Program-made: the position numbers and the translations under genes
Notes under the pieces: generated by a model
Database searches by the model: none
Told to the model about the DNA's origin: nothing
What the model saw: only the letters and a program-made list of their open reading frames with translations
NCBI GenBank assembly: GCA_049578945.1
Contig: JBAUMX010000101.1
Span: 8,864 to 72,863, forward strand
DNA from: Candidatus Cybelea sp.
Lineage (GTDB): Bacteria > Vulcanimicrobiota > Vulcanimicrobiia > Vulcanimicrobiales > Vulcanimicrobiaceae
Length of the DNA: 64,000 nt
Reading direction: 5' to 3'
Shown here: piece by piece, positions 9,815 to 19,384 of the stretch
How positions within the stretch are numbered: position 1 is the first letter of the stretch
How the letters are laid out: every line of letters starts with the position of its first letter

Positions 9815-12353
9815 GAACAAATCTCTCCTCGGCCGCAGACAACGCTTCCTCGACGGCCTGATCTTCAGTCATTGCTGCACCGACCGCCATCAGCTTTGCG
9901 GTCGTATCGGCGCCCATCGCCTCGCGCACGATGTTAAGCACTCGATCGTGTTCCTGTTGTTGCCAGAGCACTACTGCCGAGCCCGTCGTCGCGAGGCGTG
10001 CATCGATGAAGCCCAAAATCCGCGCGGCTCTTGCATACGGCGATGACGCGCGCAGCGACTCGGCTCGCGGCCGCAATACGGCGATCGCCGCGAGACGCTG
10101 GAGCGCCCACACGGCGTACACGTCCCTCTGGTAATCGCGCGCCAGGATGAGCGCTTCGCGCGCCCGTACCCAGGCCTCGTCGTATCGAGCCAACGCAATA
10201 AGATACCCCGACATGCTGCTAAGCAGAACGACATCGAAGGAGTTCATCTCTTTGCATCGGCGAACCAGAGCGAGCCCTTCCTCCACGTGTTGAAGTGCTA
10301 ACTGCGGATTACCCGCGAGAAACTCGCACATGCTTAGGTCCGCCATCGCCACACCTCTAGCACGCTCAGTACCCATTGCTTCGTAGATATGCAGTGCCTC
10401 TGCAACGCAGCTGCGCGCCGAGATAATGTCGCCGTCTAGCGAAGCGAAGTACCCGCAGCAGCGCAGTATGTACGCGGCGAGACGGCGATTGTCTAATCTG
10501 CGGGCCGCCGTCAGCGCTTCTTCTTGCAACAGCTTAGCTTCGGCAAATCGGTCAAGCGATGCCAACGCATAGCCCGCAAGACTCTGCGCGCGAGCGACTC
10601 CCAGCGCGTCATCGAGGGTTCGGTAGAGCGCGATAGCGTTTTGGGCACTCTTAAGCTGCGTCTCGTAGTCACGCAGATGCCAGGCGACGGTCGCCTCCGC
10701 CAAGCTGAGACTCGCGCGCACGTCGGTCGGCGTCTGCTCGTCAATTAGCCGGCACGCAGCCTCTAGCCAACGCCGCCCTTCCAGCGGCGTAAAATATTCC
10801 CAGAGTACGCGAAGCCCACCAACGAGCCGTTGTCCTAAGACCACGTTGCCGCGCGCGGTCAGTGACCAACGCATCGCCGCCCGCCAGTTGTCCACTTCGT
10901 TTCGGCCTAGGTCGAGCCATACGCCGTCAGGCTCAGCATCGTATGCGCGCTCGAGCTGCTCCGCCAGGACCAAACATGCGACCGCATGACGGCCGGCCAC
11001 CCTTTGCCGTTCCCCGCGCGTAGCGAGCTTCTCAGCCGCATACTGCCGGAACGACTCTAGGAGCCAATAGCGCGGCTCGCTTCCGTCAAGATCTGCCGTT
11101 ACCATCGACTTGTCAACGAGCGATGAGTTGAGGTTAACGATGTCGGCCGTCGCGAGCTCTTCGCCGGCGCAGACCGCTTCCGCGCTGGCCAGCGTGCAGC
11201 CGCCGGCAAAGACCGAGAGGCGCTCAAAAAGCCGCTGCTCCCCTGCAGAAAGAGAGTCGTAACTCCAATCGATCGTCGCGCGCATGGTCTGCTGACGCGG
11301 CAGGGCCGTGCGCTCGCCGCCGGCGAGAACTCTAAAGCGATCTTCGAGCCTGGTCGTGAGCGCCGTGATCGACAGTGAGTTCACTCGAGCGGCGGCCAGT
11401 TCGATCGCTAGCGGAATGCCGTCCAAGTGCCCGCAGAGTGCGGCCACGTCACACGCATTTTCATCCGTGAGCGTAAATCGATGATCGACGGCGCGAGCGC
11501 GATCGCTAAAGAGCGCGATCGCCCCATACGTCGTAGCATCCGTTGCGCGCAGCTGAGTGGCTGCCTCGGGCGATGGGAAACTCAGTGGAGGTAGCCGGTA
11601 TGAACGTTCACCCGCAGACCGCAGTGGTGCGCGGCTGGTCGCAAGGATCCGAAGGTCCGGGCAGCCCGCTAGTAGGGCATGGACAACCGTCGCAGCCTGC
11701 GTTATGAGATGCTCGCAGTTGTCGAGCACCAGCAACGGCGACTTGTTCCTGAGATAAGCCAGCAGCGTCCCGAGCAGCGGACGGTTGGACACTTCTTGCA
11801 CGCCCAAACTCGAAGCGATCGCCGCGGCAACAAAAGATGGATCGCCTACCGGCGCTAGCGCGACGAACCAGACCCCATCGTTAGCGGTGTCATTCGGCAC
11901 AGTGGCGACGCGCAGCGCCATCTGGGTCTTGCCGACTCCTCCGCTTCCGGTGAGCGTAACCAGCCGATGCTCGCGTAGGAGTGCAGCGATCTCCTCTAGC
12001 TCACGTTCGCGCCCCACAAAACTGGCCAGCGAGAGCGGCAGGTTTGATGGAGCTGCGCCAACCCAAGGACCCACAGTAACCGGGGCTCCGCCGTCGCGCA
12101 GCAACACCCAGCGCGCAGCGGCCGCCTCAAGCTCCCTGCGCTGCTCGTCGTCAAGCGCCAGCGCACTGGCCAACAGCGCAAGCGTCGCGCGCTGTGGCGT
12201 GCGGCGATACCCTCGCTCCAACGCTCTGATTCCATGCGCGCTCATCCCGGCGCGTTCGGCGAGGCCCTCTTGTGAGAGTCCCGCGGCGAGACGAAAGCTG
12301 CGGAGGAGCATCCCGAAATCCGATGGGCCTGCAGCTTGGCCCTCGTTTTCCAC
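9807..12353 (-). CDS. STAND-type transcriptional regulator: XRE-family HTH + NB-ARC-like P-loop NTPase + TPR (paralog 1)
   Basis: N-terminal HTH: FRLAAGLSQEGLAERAGMSAHGIRALERGYRRTPQRATL. Then FVGRERELEEI, Walker A GSGGVGKTQ, Walker B-like LLVLDNCEH, and a long TPR-like C-terminus. The start is moved to GTG 12353 (VENEGQAAGPSDFG) because it aligns with MEKEGRAAGPPDFG of paralog 2 and the upstream nucleotides are also homologous. Confidence 0.88.
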   Translation of the reverse strand: MENEGQAAGPSDFGMLLRSFRLAAGLSQEGLAERAGMSAHGIRALERGYRRTPQRATLALLASALALDDEQRRELEAAAARWVLLRDGGAPVTVGPWVGAAPSNLPLSLASFVGRERELEEIAALLREHRLVTLTGSGGVGKTQMALRVATVPNDTANDGVWFVALAPVGDPSFVAAAIASSLGVQEVSNRPLLGTLLAYLRNKSPLLVLDNCEHLITQAATVVHALLAGCPDLRILATSRAPLRSAGERSYRLPPLSFPSPEAATQLRATDATTYGAIALFSDRARAVDHRFTLTDENACDVAALCGHLDGIPLAIELAAARVNSLSITALTTRLEDRFRVLAGGERTALPRQQTMRATIDWSYDSLSAGEQRLFERLSVFAGGCTLASAEAVCAGEELATADIVNLNSSLVDKSMVTADLDGSEPRYWLLESFRQYAAEKLATRGERQRVAGRHAVACLVLAEQLERAYDAEPDGVWLDLGRNEVDNWRAAMRWSLTARGNVVLGQRLVGGLRVLWEYFTPLEGRRWLEAACRLIDEQTPTDVRASLSLAEATVAWHLRDYETQLKSAQNAIALYRTLDDALGVARAQSLAGYALASLDRFAEAKLLQEEALTAARRLDNRRLAAYILRCCGYFASLDGDIISARSCVAEALHIYEAMGTERARGVAMADLSMCEFLAGNPQLALQHVEEGLALVRRCKEMNSFDVVLLSSMSGYLIALARYDEAWVRAREALILARDYQRDVYAVWALQRLAAIAVLRPRAESLRASSPYARAARILGFIDARLATTGSAVVLWQQQEHDRVLNIVREAMGADTTAKLMAVGAAMTEDQAVEEALSAAEERFVHA

Positions 12354-12393
12354 GGTATTGGGAAGTTCGGGCCAAGCTCCGCAACACCCCCAG

Positions 12394-12506
12394 AGGCCGA
12401 GCGCCGCCAAGTTGTGCGGGTGGTTGTGCCTTGCTGCCGTCTCGGTGCGCGTTATGATTGCCTTGCGGCGAGGCAGCAGTCTTGGCGCACTTGCGAAGGA
12501 GCTTTT
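12394..12506 (+). promoter_or_regulatory. conserved promoter/leader module, copy 1 (upstream of S53 peptidase 1; divergent to regulator 1)
   Basis: Core AAGTTGTGCGGGTGGTTGTG at 12409..12428. -35-like TTGCTG at 12431..12436 and -10-like TATGAT at 12453..12458. SD context TGCGAAGGAGCTTTTATG ends at the ATG at 12507. Same block structure as the copies at 15081, 19385 and 20890. Confidence 0.6.
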
Positions 12507-13709
12507 ATGCTGCGAAGCTTAAAATTGTTTGCGCCGTTCGCTGCCGCACTCATGGTCGCGGGATGCGGTGCCGGGGGTTCCGGCGTGCCGGCGACGATCG
12601 GCCAATCAACGTCGGAAGCGCACCCGATCCCGCAGTGGCAGGCGCAGAACCTTGCCCGGCGGGCCTGTCCTGATGCGGCCCCCGGTGAGATGCAGTGTCA
12701 GCTGCTGATTTTAAACAGGAGCCCTCAAGACAAAGAGCCGGGGTGGGGGGCGCGAGATATCGAGGCGGCCTATAACTTCCCTTCGTCGAGCAAGGGCGCC
12801 GGACAGATCGTCGCGATTGTCGACTACAACGATAATCCCAACGTCGGCTCGGACCTCGCGGTGTATCGCCGGCACTACGGTCTGCCGAAGGCGAAGTTCT
12901 ACAAATACAATCAGGACGGCCAACAGGGCCACTATCCCACGGGCCAGGTAGCCGACGGCCGTGAGATCGACCTGGACGTGGAGATGGTTTCGGCCGCGTG
13001 TCCGAACTGCACGATCTATCTCATCGAGTCAAACAACAGCGGCCCTCGCTCGACCGAAAAAGCCGAGAGCGAAGCGGTGACACTGGGCGCACATATCGTC
13101 AGCAACAGCGGTATATGCGAAGGCTTTACGGGTTGCGACGAGAGCAAAGCATTCAAGACTCCAGGCGTAACCTACGTTGCAGCCGCAGGCGACTCTGCCT
13201 ACGGCATCGGATCACCGATGGCGCTCGCGACCGTCGTTTCGGTCGGCGGCACGCTGCTGTCAAAAAGCGGGTCGACTTATAGCGAAATCGTCTGGCCCGA
13301 TTCGGGCGGCGGCTGCGCAACGCAGGTCGCCAAACCGTCGTGGCAGCACGACTCCGGGTGCTCCGGACGCACGACAAACGACGTTTCAGCGGTCGCTTGG
13401 AACGTCGCGATGTACGATACGTACGGCGAAGGTGGTTGGACTAGAATCGGCGGCACGAGCGTTGCGACGCCGATTGTGGCTTCTGCGTTTGCGCTCGCCG
13501 GCAATGCCACGAAACAAGAAGGCGGTAAAATCTTCTGGACGTTAAGAGAAAAGAAACTCCAGCGGTTTCTGCACGTCATCAGCAGCGGCACCAACGGTTG
13601 CCCCCACGACCTCGAGGGCAGCTACCTCTGCACCGCCGGAACCGACGAGTTCGGTAGTTATTCCGGTCCGACCGGCTGGGGCACGCCCAATGGCATCGGC
13701 GCGTTCTGA
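12507..13709 (+). CDS. S53 (sedolisin/kumamolisin-like) serine peptidase, lipoprotein (paralog 1)
   Basis: Start taken at ATG 12507 (MLRSLKLFAPFAAALMVAGC, lipobox). GQIVAIVDYNDNPNVGSDLAVYRRHYGLP matches the S53 N-terminal catalytic-domain pattern. EIDLDVE supplies the Glu/Asp pair, AAAGDSAYG the oxyanion Asp, and IGGTSVATP the nucleophile Ser. Confidence 0.8.
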   Translation: MLRSLKLFAPFAAALMVAGCGAGGSGVPATIGQSTSEAHPIPQWQAQNLARRACPDAAPGEMQCQLLILNRSPQDKEPGWGARDIEAAYNFPSSSKGAGQIVAIVDYNDNPNVGSDLAVYRRHYGLPKAKFYKYNQDGQQGHYPTGQVADGREIDLDVEMVSAACPNCTIYLIESNNSGPRSTEKAESEAVTLGAHIVSNSGICEGFTGCDESKAFKTPGVTYVAAAGDSAYGIGSPMALATVVSVGGTLLSKSGSTYSEIVWPDSGGGCATQVAKPSWQHDSGCSGRTTNDVSAVAWNVAMYDTYGEGGWTRIGGTSVATPIVASAFALAGNATKQEGGKIFWTLREKKLQRFLHVISSGTNGCPHDLEGSYLCTAGTDEFGSYSGPTGWGTPNGIGAF

Positions 13710-13742
13710 CGTGAATCTACGAATGAAAGGAAACCCGGCGCC

Positions 13743-14945
13743 ATGCACTTTTCATTAGCGACTTCGAATCGCGCCTCGCTCGGTCTCGTCGCCGCACTGC
13801 TCGCGGGGTGTTCCAACACATCGTCCGACTCCCAGGTCCTGCCATTCGGTTCGCCCGGCACAACACAATCGGCTGCTCGTCAGCGTGGCGGCCCCGACAA
13901 TGTCGTGCAGTTCGTCTACGTGGCGAACTCGGGCTCCAACAACGTCTCCGCCTATAGCATCGGGGCCGGCGGCGCCCTCACACCGTTGTCCGGCTCGCCA
14001 TTTAGAGCGGGCGCCGGTGCGTACGGCATTGCGGTCGATCCGACCGGCGCGTTCGCGTATGTAGCGAATTTTAATTCCAACAACGTTTCGGCTTACACGA
14101 TCGATTCGATCAGCGGCGTCTTGACAAAGGTAAAGGGGTCGCCGTTCGCTGCCGGCAGTGGCGCCACAAGCGTTGCGATGGATCCTACGGGCAAGTTCGC
14201 CTACGTGGCGAACTTTAGTTCTAACAACGTTTCTGCTTATACAATCGACGCGACGAGCGGCGCACTGACGCCGATTGACGGATCACCATTTAACGTGGGC
14301 GCCGCGCCTGAAACGGTAGCAATCGATCCTAGCGGCAAGTTTGCCTACGTCCCAAACGGCGGCTCCAACAATGTTTCCGCCTTTGCCCTCGACGCTGCCA
14401 GCGGTGCGTTGAAAACGATCAAAGGCTCACCGTTCAAGGCGGGCACGACCCCGGTCAGCATGACAATCGATCCGACCGGCAAGTTCGCTTATGCAGCTAA
14501 CTTTTGGTCTGACAACATTTCCGGCTATGCCATTGACCCAACCAGCGGCGCACTGAGAATGCTTCCTGGTTCGCCTCTCGTGGGTTCCCCCGAAGGTGTC
14601 GCGGTGAGCCCGACCGGCAGATTCGCCTACGTACTTAACGATGGCAGCAAAGCCAGCCCGAGCATCTCAGGCTACAGCATCGACTCGACGAGAGGCACGT
14701 TGACGCCGGTGCCGGGGTCGCCATTTCTAGACACGGGCTCATTCGCGTTAGGTGGCGTAGTCGATGCCACGAGCAGGTTTGCGTATATTGCAAACGACGG
14801 CTCGAGCAACGTTTCCGCCTATACGATCGCGCCCAACGGCGCGCTCAAGAAGGTGAAGGGGTCGCCGTTTGCCGCCGGCAGCTATCCCGCCAGCATCGCC
14901 GCGTGCCGAGTCAAGGCCGGCAAATGCATTCCGCCGCCATTGTAG
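13743..14945 (+). CDS. lactonase-like 7-bladed beta-propeller (YVTN-type repeat) lipoprotein (paralog 1)
   Basis: Signal peptide with lipobox LLAGCSN. About 7 repeats of the form (F)AYVANxxSNNVSAYxIDxxSGALTPxxGSPFxAGxxPxxxAxDPTGKF. The 33-nt junction with the S53 gene is conserved in the second cassette. Confidence 0.8.
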   Translation: MHFSLATSNRASLGLVAALLAGCSNTSSDSQVLPFGSPGTTQSAARQRGGPDNVVQFVYVANSGSNNVSAYSIGAGGALTPLSGSPFRAGAGAYGIAVDPTGAFAYVANFNSNNVSAYTIDSISGVLTKVKGSPFAAGSGATSVAMDPTGKFAYVANFSSNNVSAYTIDATSGALTPIDGSPFNVGAAPETVAIDPSGKFAYVPNGGSNNVSAFALDAASGALKTIKGSPFKAGTTPVSMTIDPTGKFAYAANFWSDNISGYAIDPTSGALRMLPGSPLVGSPEGVAVSPTGRFAYVLNDGSKASPSISGYSIDSTRGTLTPVPGSPFLDTGSFALGGVVDATSRFAYIANDGSSNVSAYTIAPNGALKKVKGSPFAAGSYPASIAACRVKAGKCIPPPL

Positions 14946-15025
14946 AGGAGCACTCACGTCGGAATGCCGTCACTTAAGCTCTAAGCGTCTGCGCTGCCGC
15001 TGCGACAGGTCGCACACTTAAACAC
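14946..15025 (+). pseudogene. decayed 5' remnant of the small-lipoprotein family seen intact-ish at 23509
   Basis: GGAGCACTC..GT..ATG followed by GCTCTAAGCGTCTGCGCTGCCGCTGCG. This is about 23/27 identical to GCTCTAAGCGTTTGCGTTGCAGCCGCC in the signal-peptide region of the 23509 gene. Here it is out of frame with its ATG (14964) and runs into a TAA after 6 codons. Confidence 0.4.
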
Positions 15026-15070
15026 GGCTTCGCGATTTCGCGAGGCCGTCGTTCTATCTGTGTTTTCACG
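15026..15070 (+). terminator. putative intrinsic terminator after propeller gene 1
   Basis: GGCTTCGCG-ATTT-CGCGAGGCC gives a 9-bp stem with one G-U pair (15026..15047). It is followed by the T-rich GTCGTTCTATCTGTGTTTTC and lies immediately upstream of leader copy 2. Confidence 0.45.
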
Positions 15071-15080
15071 ACCGAGAAGT

Positions 15081-15216
15081 CTAGCGCCGGCAAGTTGTGC
15101 GGGTGGTTGTGTCTTCCTGCGGTGCCGCTACGCCGTCATGATGGTGTGACGAAGGCAGTCGGCGGTGCGCGTTTGCGAACACGAAGGTTGCCAGCTGCAA
15201 AAAGGAGCAGTTTTAG
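15081..15216 (+). promoter_or_regulatory. conserved promoter/leader module, copy 2 (upstream of HAF-repeat lipoprotein)
   Basis: Core AAGTTGTGCGGGTGGTTGTG at 15092..15111. TTCCTG at 15114..15119 and TCATGAT at 15136..15142. SD context TGCAAAAAGGAGCAGTTTTAGATG. The leader is longer and more diverged than in copies 3 and 4. Confidence 0.55.
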
Positions 15217-16554
15217 ATGAACATCTCAAATTCGGTTTCTTATGCGTTGGGCGTATTATCGGCTGCAGCGATACTTGGCGGCTGTAGCAACGGCGAGTCG
15301 CCGTCGAACTTCGCCCCTTCAGGAGCGACGCAGCAGAGCGCTACCCAAGCGGTATCCAATGCCCAAGCCCGAGGAAGCGTCACTCAGTATTACCTCATCA
15401 ATCTCGGCGTTATTGGCGGAAAGTATTCGGCCGACCGCGGCATTAACAATAAGGGCTGGATCACCGGCTTTTCCACACTGCGGGGAAGCAAGAGTGCACA
15501 CGCCGTTCTGTGGCGAGCCGGACGCCTCACTGACCTCGGCACGCTCGGGGGCCCGAACAGTGCCTTCGGCGGCCCCGTTAAGAATACGCGCGGCGAGCTC
15601 GCGGGAGCCTCTCAAGTCTCCCAAACCGACCCGTATCTGGAAAACTTTTGCAGCTTTTCGAGTATATTCGACCAGACCCATCTCTGCCAGGGGTTTCGCT
15701 GGCAGAATGGCGTGATGACGGCGCTTCCGACGTTAGGCGGAAACAACAGCATTGCCAACGGCGTGAACAACGGCGGTCAGATCGTGGGTGCGGCCGAAAC
15801 CAGCACCAGAGGCCACCGCTGCGGTAAACCTCAACGCTTCGATTACTACGGGATGATCTGGCAGCCGAACGGCACGACGGTCACTCTGCCACCGTACCCC
15901 GGCGACACCATTTCCCTTGCGGAAGCGATCAGCAATAGCGGTGATGTCGTAGGGTACTCCGGCCGCTGCGGAAACCTCGACGACGCTTCAACGGCGCGAC
16001 ACGCATTGCTCTGGCAGAGCGGCTCGGCGATCGACCTCGGCAATCTCGGGGGCACCGTGAACAACGTCCCGCGTGCGATCAATAACCGGGGGCAGATCGT
16101 GGGAAATTCCGAAGTTGCGGGAAACGCGACCTCGCATGCCTTCCTCTGGCAAAACGGCGTGATGAGCCACCTCGGCACGCTGCCCGGCGATGTCTTTAGC
16201 GAAGCCAACGGGATAAACGACAAAGGCCAGATCGTCGGCGTGTCCTGCCCCGCGAGCGGAACCTGCCGCGGTTTCATTTGGCAAAATGGCTCGATGACCG
16301 ACCTAAACCTCCTGGTGCCACCGAAGTCACTGTATGTATTTTACGGCGAAGACATCAACGATAGCGGGCAGATCACCGCCATTGCAACAAATACGACGAA
16401 GCCGGTCTTTACGCAACGAGCGGTCGTGCTGATTCCGGGGAAAAAATCCGACGTGATCCCCGGTTCGGCTGCGCGTCCGGTCACGCTGCCCGAAAGCGTG
16501 CGAGTACAGCTCCGGCAACTCCAAGGTATAGCTCGCCCATTCGCGAGCTTGTAA
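15217..16554 (+). CDS. HAF-family extracellular repeat lipoprotein
   Basis: Lipobox ILGGCSN. Repeats of the type HA(V/L/F)LWxxGxxxDLGTLGGxxSxAxxINNxGQIVGxS, including a literal SHAFLWQNGVMSHLGTLPG. Confidence 0.8.
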   Translation: MNISNSVSYALGVLSAAAILGGCSNGESPSNFAPSGATQQSATQAVSNAQARGSVTQYYLINLGVIGGKYSADRGINNKGWITGFSTLRGSKSAHAVLWRAGRLTDLGTLGGPNSAFGGPVKNTRGELAGASQVSQTDPYLENFCSFSSIFDQTHLCQGFRWQNGVMTALPTLGGNNSIANGVNNGGQIVGAAETSTRGHRCGKPQRFDYYGMIWQPNGTTVTLPPYPGDTISLAEAISNSGDVVGYSGRCGNLDDASTARHALLWQSGSAIDLGNLGGTVNNVPRAINNRGQIVGNSEVAGNATSHAFLWQNGVMSHLGTLPGDVFSEANGINDKGQIVGVSCPASGTCRGFIWQNGSMTDLNLLVPPKSLYVFYGEDINDSGQITAIATNTTKPVFTQRAVVLIPGKKSDVIPGSAARPVTLPESVRVQLRQLQGIARPFASL

Positions 16555-16566
16555 CTCGACTGAAAT

Positions 16567-16590
16567 GCGGGCCCGCTCCAGCGGGCCCGC
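16567..16590. terminator. perfect 10-bp GC hairpin between convergent genes
   Basis: GCGGGCCCGC-TCCA-GCGGGCCCGC sits 13 nt after the HAF gene stop. There is no clean U-run on either side, so its terminator function is inferred only from position. Confidence 0.4.
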
Positions 16591-16821
16591 TGCATAAAAG
16601 CAGCAGGAGCCGCCCGCGAGCCGCCCGCGCAAAACGGCGTGAAAAAGCGGCGACGGACCGGTCCTGATCTGTTGGGGATACAGCAATGGGATGCGCGGGA
16701 CACGCTAAGGGCAACAGTCTGCTAAAGAATCAGAACCCGCACTGGAAACAGCGGCTTCGCGTCGCTAGGCCGTTGTTCTTTTGGGTTTGTTTCGCGCTCC
16801 AGCGCGCAACCACTGGCACGA

Positions 16822-19341
16822 CTATATTTCCGACGCTTCCGCGACGGCCTGATGTTCCGTCATCGCTGCGCCATCGGCCATCAGGTTCGCGACCAGCTCG
16901 GCGCCCATTGCATCGCGCAGCACGGCGAGGACCCGATCGTATTCTTGTTTTCCTAGAATCTCGCGCGCAAACCCCATTGCTGCGATTTGGGCGTCGGCGA
17001 AACCCAAGATCCGCGCGGCTCGAGCGTAAGCTTTGGGCGTGCCTTCTGCGCCGACTTGCGGCGTCAGCGCTGCCACGTATCCGAGATGCTGTAGCGCATA
17101 CATGGCGAAAGCGTCGTGGCCGCGTTCACGCGCCAGGGCGAGCGCCTCGCGTGCGCGTTCTTGAGCCTCGTCGTACCGAGCCGATGAGACGAGAAATAGC
17201 GATGCGTTATTAGTAAGTACTAAGCGGACGATTCGCGTTTCGTTGAGCGCGCCCAGAACAGCAAGCGCGTTCGTTGAATGGTGAACTGCTAGTTCTCCGT
17301 TGCCCGTCTGATATTCGACCTCAGCAAGGTCATCTTCCACCATTGCAACCATGAGTTTGTTACCAATCGCCTCACATATCACCAGCACTTCGGCAAGGTA
17401 ACCGCGGGCCGCGATGAGATCACCAGCCCTAGCACTGGCATATCCAAGGCAGCGCAATGTGAAGAGGATCAGCCGACGATTCTCAAGTCGGCGAGCGACC
17501 GCAAGCACTTCTTCGAGCCGCGGCTTTGCCTCTGCACCGCGTCCAAGAGCCGTGAGCGCATAACCCGCGATGCTCTGCGCGCGGGCGGCTCCGAGCAAGT
17601 CCCCGACGGCGCGGTAGGACGCGATAGCGCTCTCGCTATTCGAAAGCATTATTTTGGGTTCGCCGAAATCCGTAGCGTTCATAGCCTCGCTCAGACTAAG
17701 CCCGGCAAGAACGCTCGTTGGGGTTTGCTCGTCAACCAAGTCGCGCGCCGCTCCGAGCCAGCGCCGCGCTTCAACGCTCGCGAAACTTCGCCAAACCACA
17801 CTGAACTCCCCGAGGAGTCGTTGCCCCAATACAACGTCGCCACTGTCAGCAAGTGCCCATCGCAATGCAGTCCGCCAGTTGTCGAGCTCCTCGCGAGCAA
17901 TCACGCGCCAAACCCCTTCAGACTCGCTCTCATCCATGCGTTCGAGCCGCTCGGCGAGTTGAAAGTATCCGTGGGCATGACGGTGCGCTATAGAGTGCAG
18001 CTCGCCGCGCATCGCGAGTTTTTCCCGCGCGTACTGCCGAAACGACTCCAAGAGCCGATAGCGCGGCTCGATGCCGTCAAAATCTGCGATGACCATCGAC
18101 TTGTCGGCAAGAGATGAGATGTGGTTGACGATTTCGGCCGTCGCAACGTCTTCGCCGGCGCAAACCGCTTCCGCGCTGACCAGCGTACAGCCGCCCGCGA
18201 AGACCGAGAGGCGCTCGAAAACGCGCTGCTCCGACGCAGAGAGCAGATTGTAACTCCAATCGATCGTCGCGCGCATGGTCTGCTGTCGGGGCAACGCCGT
18301 GCGCTCGCCGCCGGCGAGAACTCTAAAGCGATCTTCGAGCTTCTCCGCTAGCGCTGTAATCGATAGCGCGTTTACTCGAGCGGCGGCCAGTTCAATCGCC
18401 AGCGGAATGCCGTCCAAGCGCCGGCAGAGGTCGGCCAAAGCAGGAGCAGTTTCGTCGGTGAGCGTGAACCGATGGTCGACGGCGCGAGCGCGATCGCGGA
18501 AGAGTACGATGGCTCCATACGCCGTGGCATCCGTTGCGCACAGCCGAGCAACTGCCCCGCGCGATGGTGTACTCAAGGACGGGAGTCGGTAGGTACGTTC
18601 GCCAGCGGCGCGCAGCGGTTCGCGGCTGGTCGCGAGGATCCGAAGGTGCGGGCAGCCTGCGAGGAGAGCGTAGGAAACCGTCGCAGCCTGCGTAACGACG
18701 TGCTCGCAGTTATCGAGAAGCAGCAGCATCGCCCTATTCTTGAGATGCGCTAGCAGCGTCTCAAGCGTGGAACGATTTGGCGCCTCTTGCACGTGCAGCG
18801 CCGAGGCAATCGCGGCCGGCACTAATGAGGGATCGCTGAGCGGCGAGAGTCCGACGAACGACACGGTGCAGGCATCGCTGAGCGCGGTTGCGACCTGTAG
18901 CGCGGTCTGGGTCTTGCCGACTCCTCCACTTCCCGTGAGCGTGACCAGGCGATGCTCGCGTACGAGCGTTGCGATCTCATTGAGCTCACGTTCGCGACCA
19001 ACGAAGCTGGCCAACGAGAGCGGCAGAACCGAGCTAGGCGTGTCGGACCACGGGCCTGCGAGGACCGAGGCTCTCCCTCCATCGCGCAGCAACACCCAGC
19101 GCGCAGCGGCCACCTCGAGCTCCTGGCGCTGCTCGTCGCTAAGCGCCAACGCACCAGCCAGCAGCGCGAGCGTTCCGCGTTGCGGCGTGCGGCGATATCC
19201 ACGCTCCAGCGCTCTGATTCCATGAACGCTCATCCCGGCGTGTTCGGCGAGCGCCTCTTGCGAGAGTCCCGCGACGAGCCGGAAGCTGCGCAGGAGCGCC
19301 CCGAAATCAGGCGGGCCCGCAGCGCGGCCCTCCTTTTCCAT
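16822..19341 (-). CDS. STAND-type transcriptional regulator: XRE-family HTH + NB-ARC-like P-loop NTPase + TPR (paralog 2)
   Basis: 839 aa and colinear with 9807..12353 over the full length. Identical runs include RFRVLAGGERTALPRQQTMRATIDWSY and LSVFAGGCTL. Walker A GSGGVGKTQ; LLLLDNCEH. Confidence 0.9.
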   Translation of the reverse strand: MEKEGRAAGPPDFGALLRSFRLVAGLSQEALAEHAGMSVHGIRALERGYRRTPQRGTLALLAGALALSDEQRQELEVAAARWVLLRDGGRASVLAGPWSDTPSSVLPLSLASFVGRERELNEIATLVREHRLVTLTGSGGVGKTQTALQVATALSDACTVSFVGLSPLSDPSLVPAAIASALHVQEAPNRSTLETLLAHLKNRAMLLLLDNCEHVVTQAATVSYALLAGCPHLRILATSREPLRAAGERTYRLPSLSTPSRGAVARLCATDATAYGAIVLFRDRARAVDHRFTLTDETAPALADLCRRLDGIPLAIELAAARVNALSITALAEKLEDRFRVLAGGERTALPRQQTMRATIDWSYNLLSASEQRVFERLSVFAGGCTLVSAEAVCAGEDVATAEIVNHISSLADKSMVIADFDGIEPRYRLLESFRQYAREKLAMRGELHSIAHRHAHGYFQLAERLERMDESESEGVWRVIAREELDNWRTALRWALADSGDVVLGQRLLGEFSVVWRSFASVEARRWLGAARDLVDEQTPTSVLAGLSLSEAMNATDFGEPKIMLSNSESAIASYRAVGDLLGAARAQSIAGYALTALGRGAEAKPRLEEVLAVARRLENRRLILFTLRCLGYASARAGDLIAARGYLAEVLVICEAIGNKLMVAMVEDDLAEVEYQTGNGELAVHHSTNALAVLGALNETRIVRLVLTNNASLFLVSSARYDEAQERAREALALARERGHDAFAMYALQHLGYVAALTPQVGAEGTPKAYARAARILGFADAQIAAMGFAREILGKQEYDRVLAVLRDAMGAELVANLMADGAAMTEHQAVAEASEI

Positions 19342-19384
19342 AATATTGTGAAGTTCGCGCCAAGCTTGGTGCCACCCGCTGAGG

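Noticed and set aside
12409-12432. Reading the conserved core AAGTTGTGCGGGTGGTTGTG as a conserved peptide (K-L-C-G-W-L-C-L) of a small ORF
   Set aside because: There is no shared start codon or SD. The downstream reading frames and stops differ among the four copies. Conservation is at nucleotide level with a fixed-length non-conserved spacer, which fits DNA-level (promoter/operator) function better.
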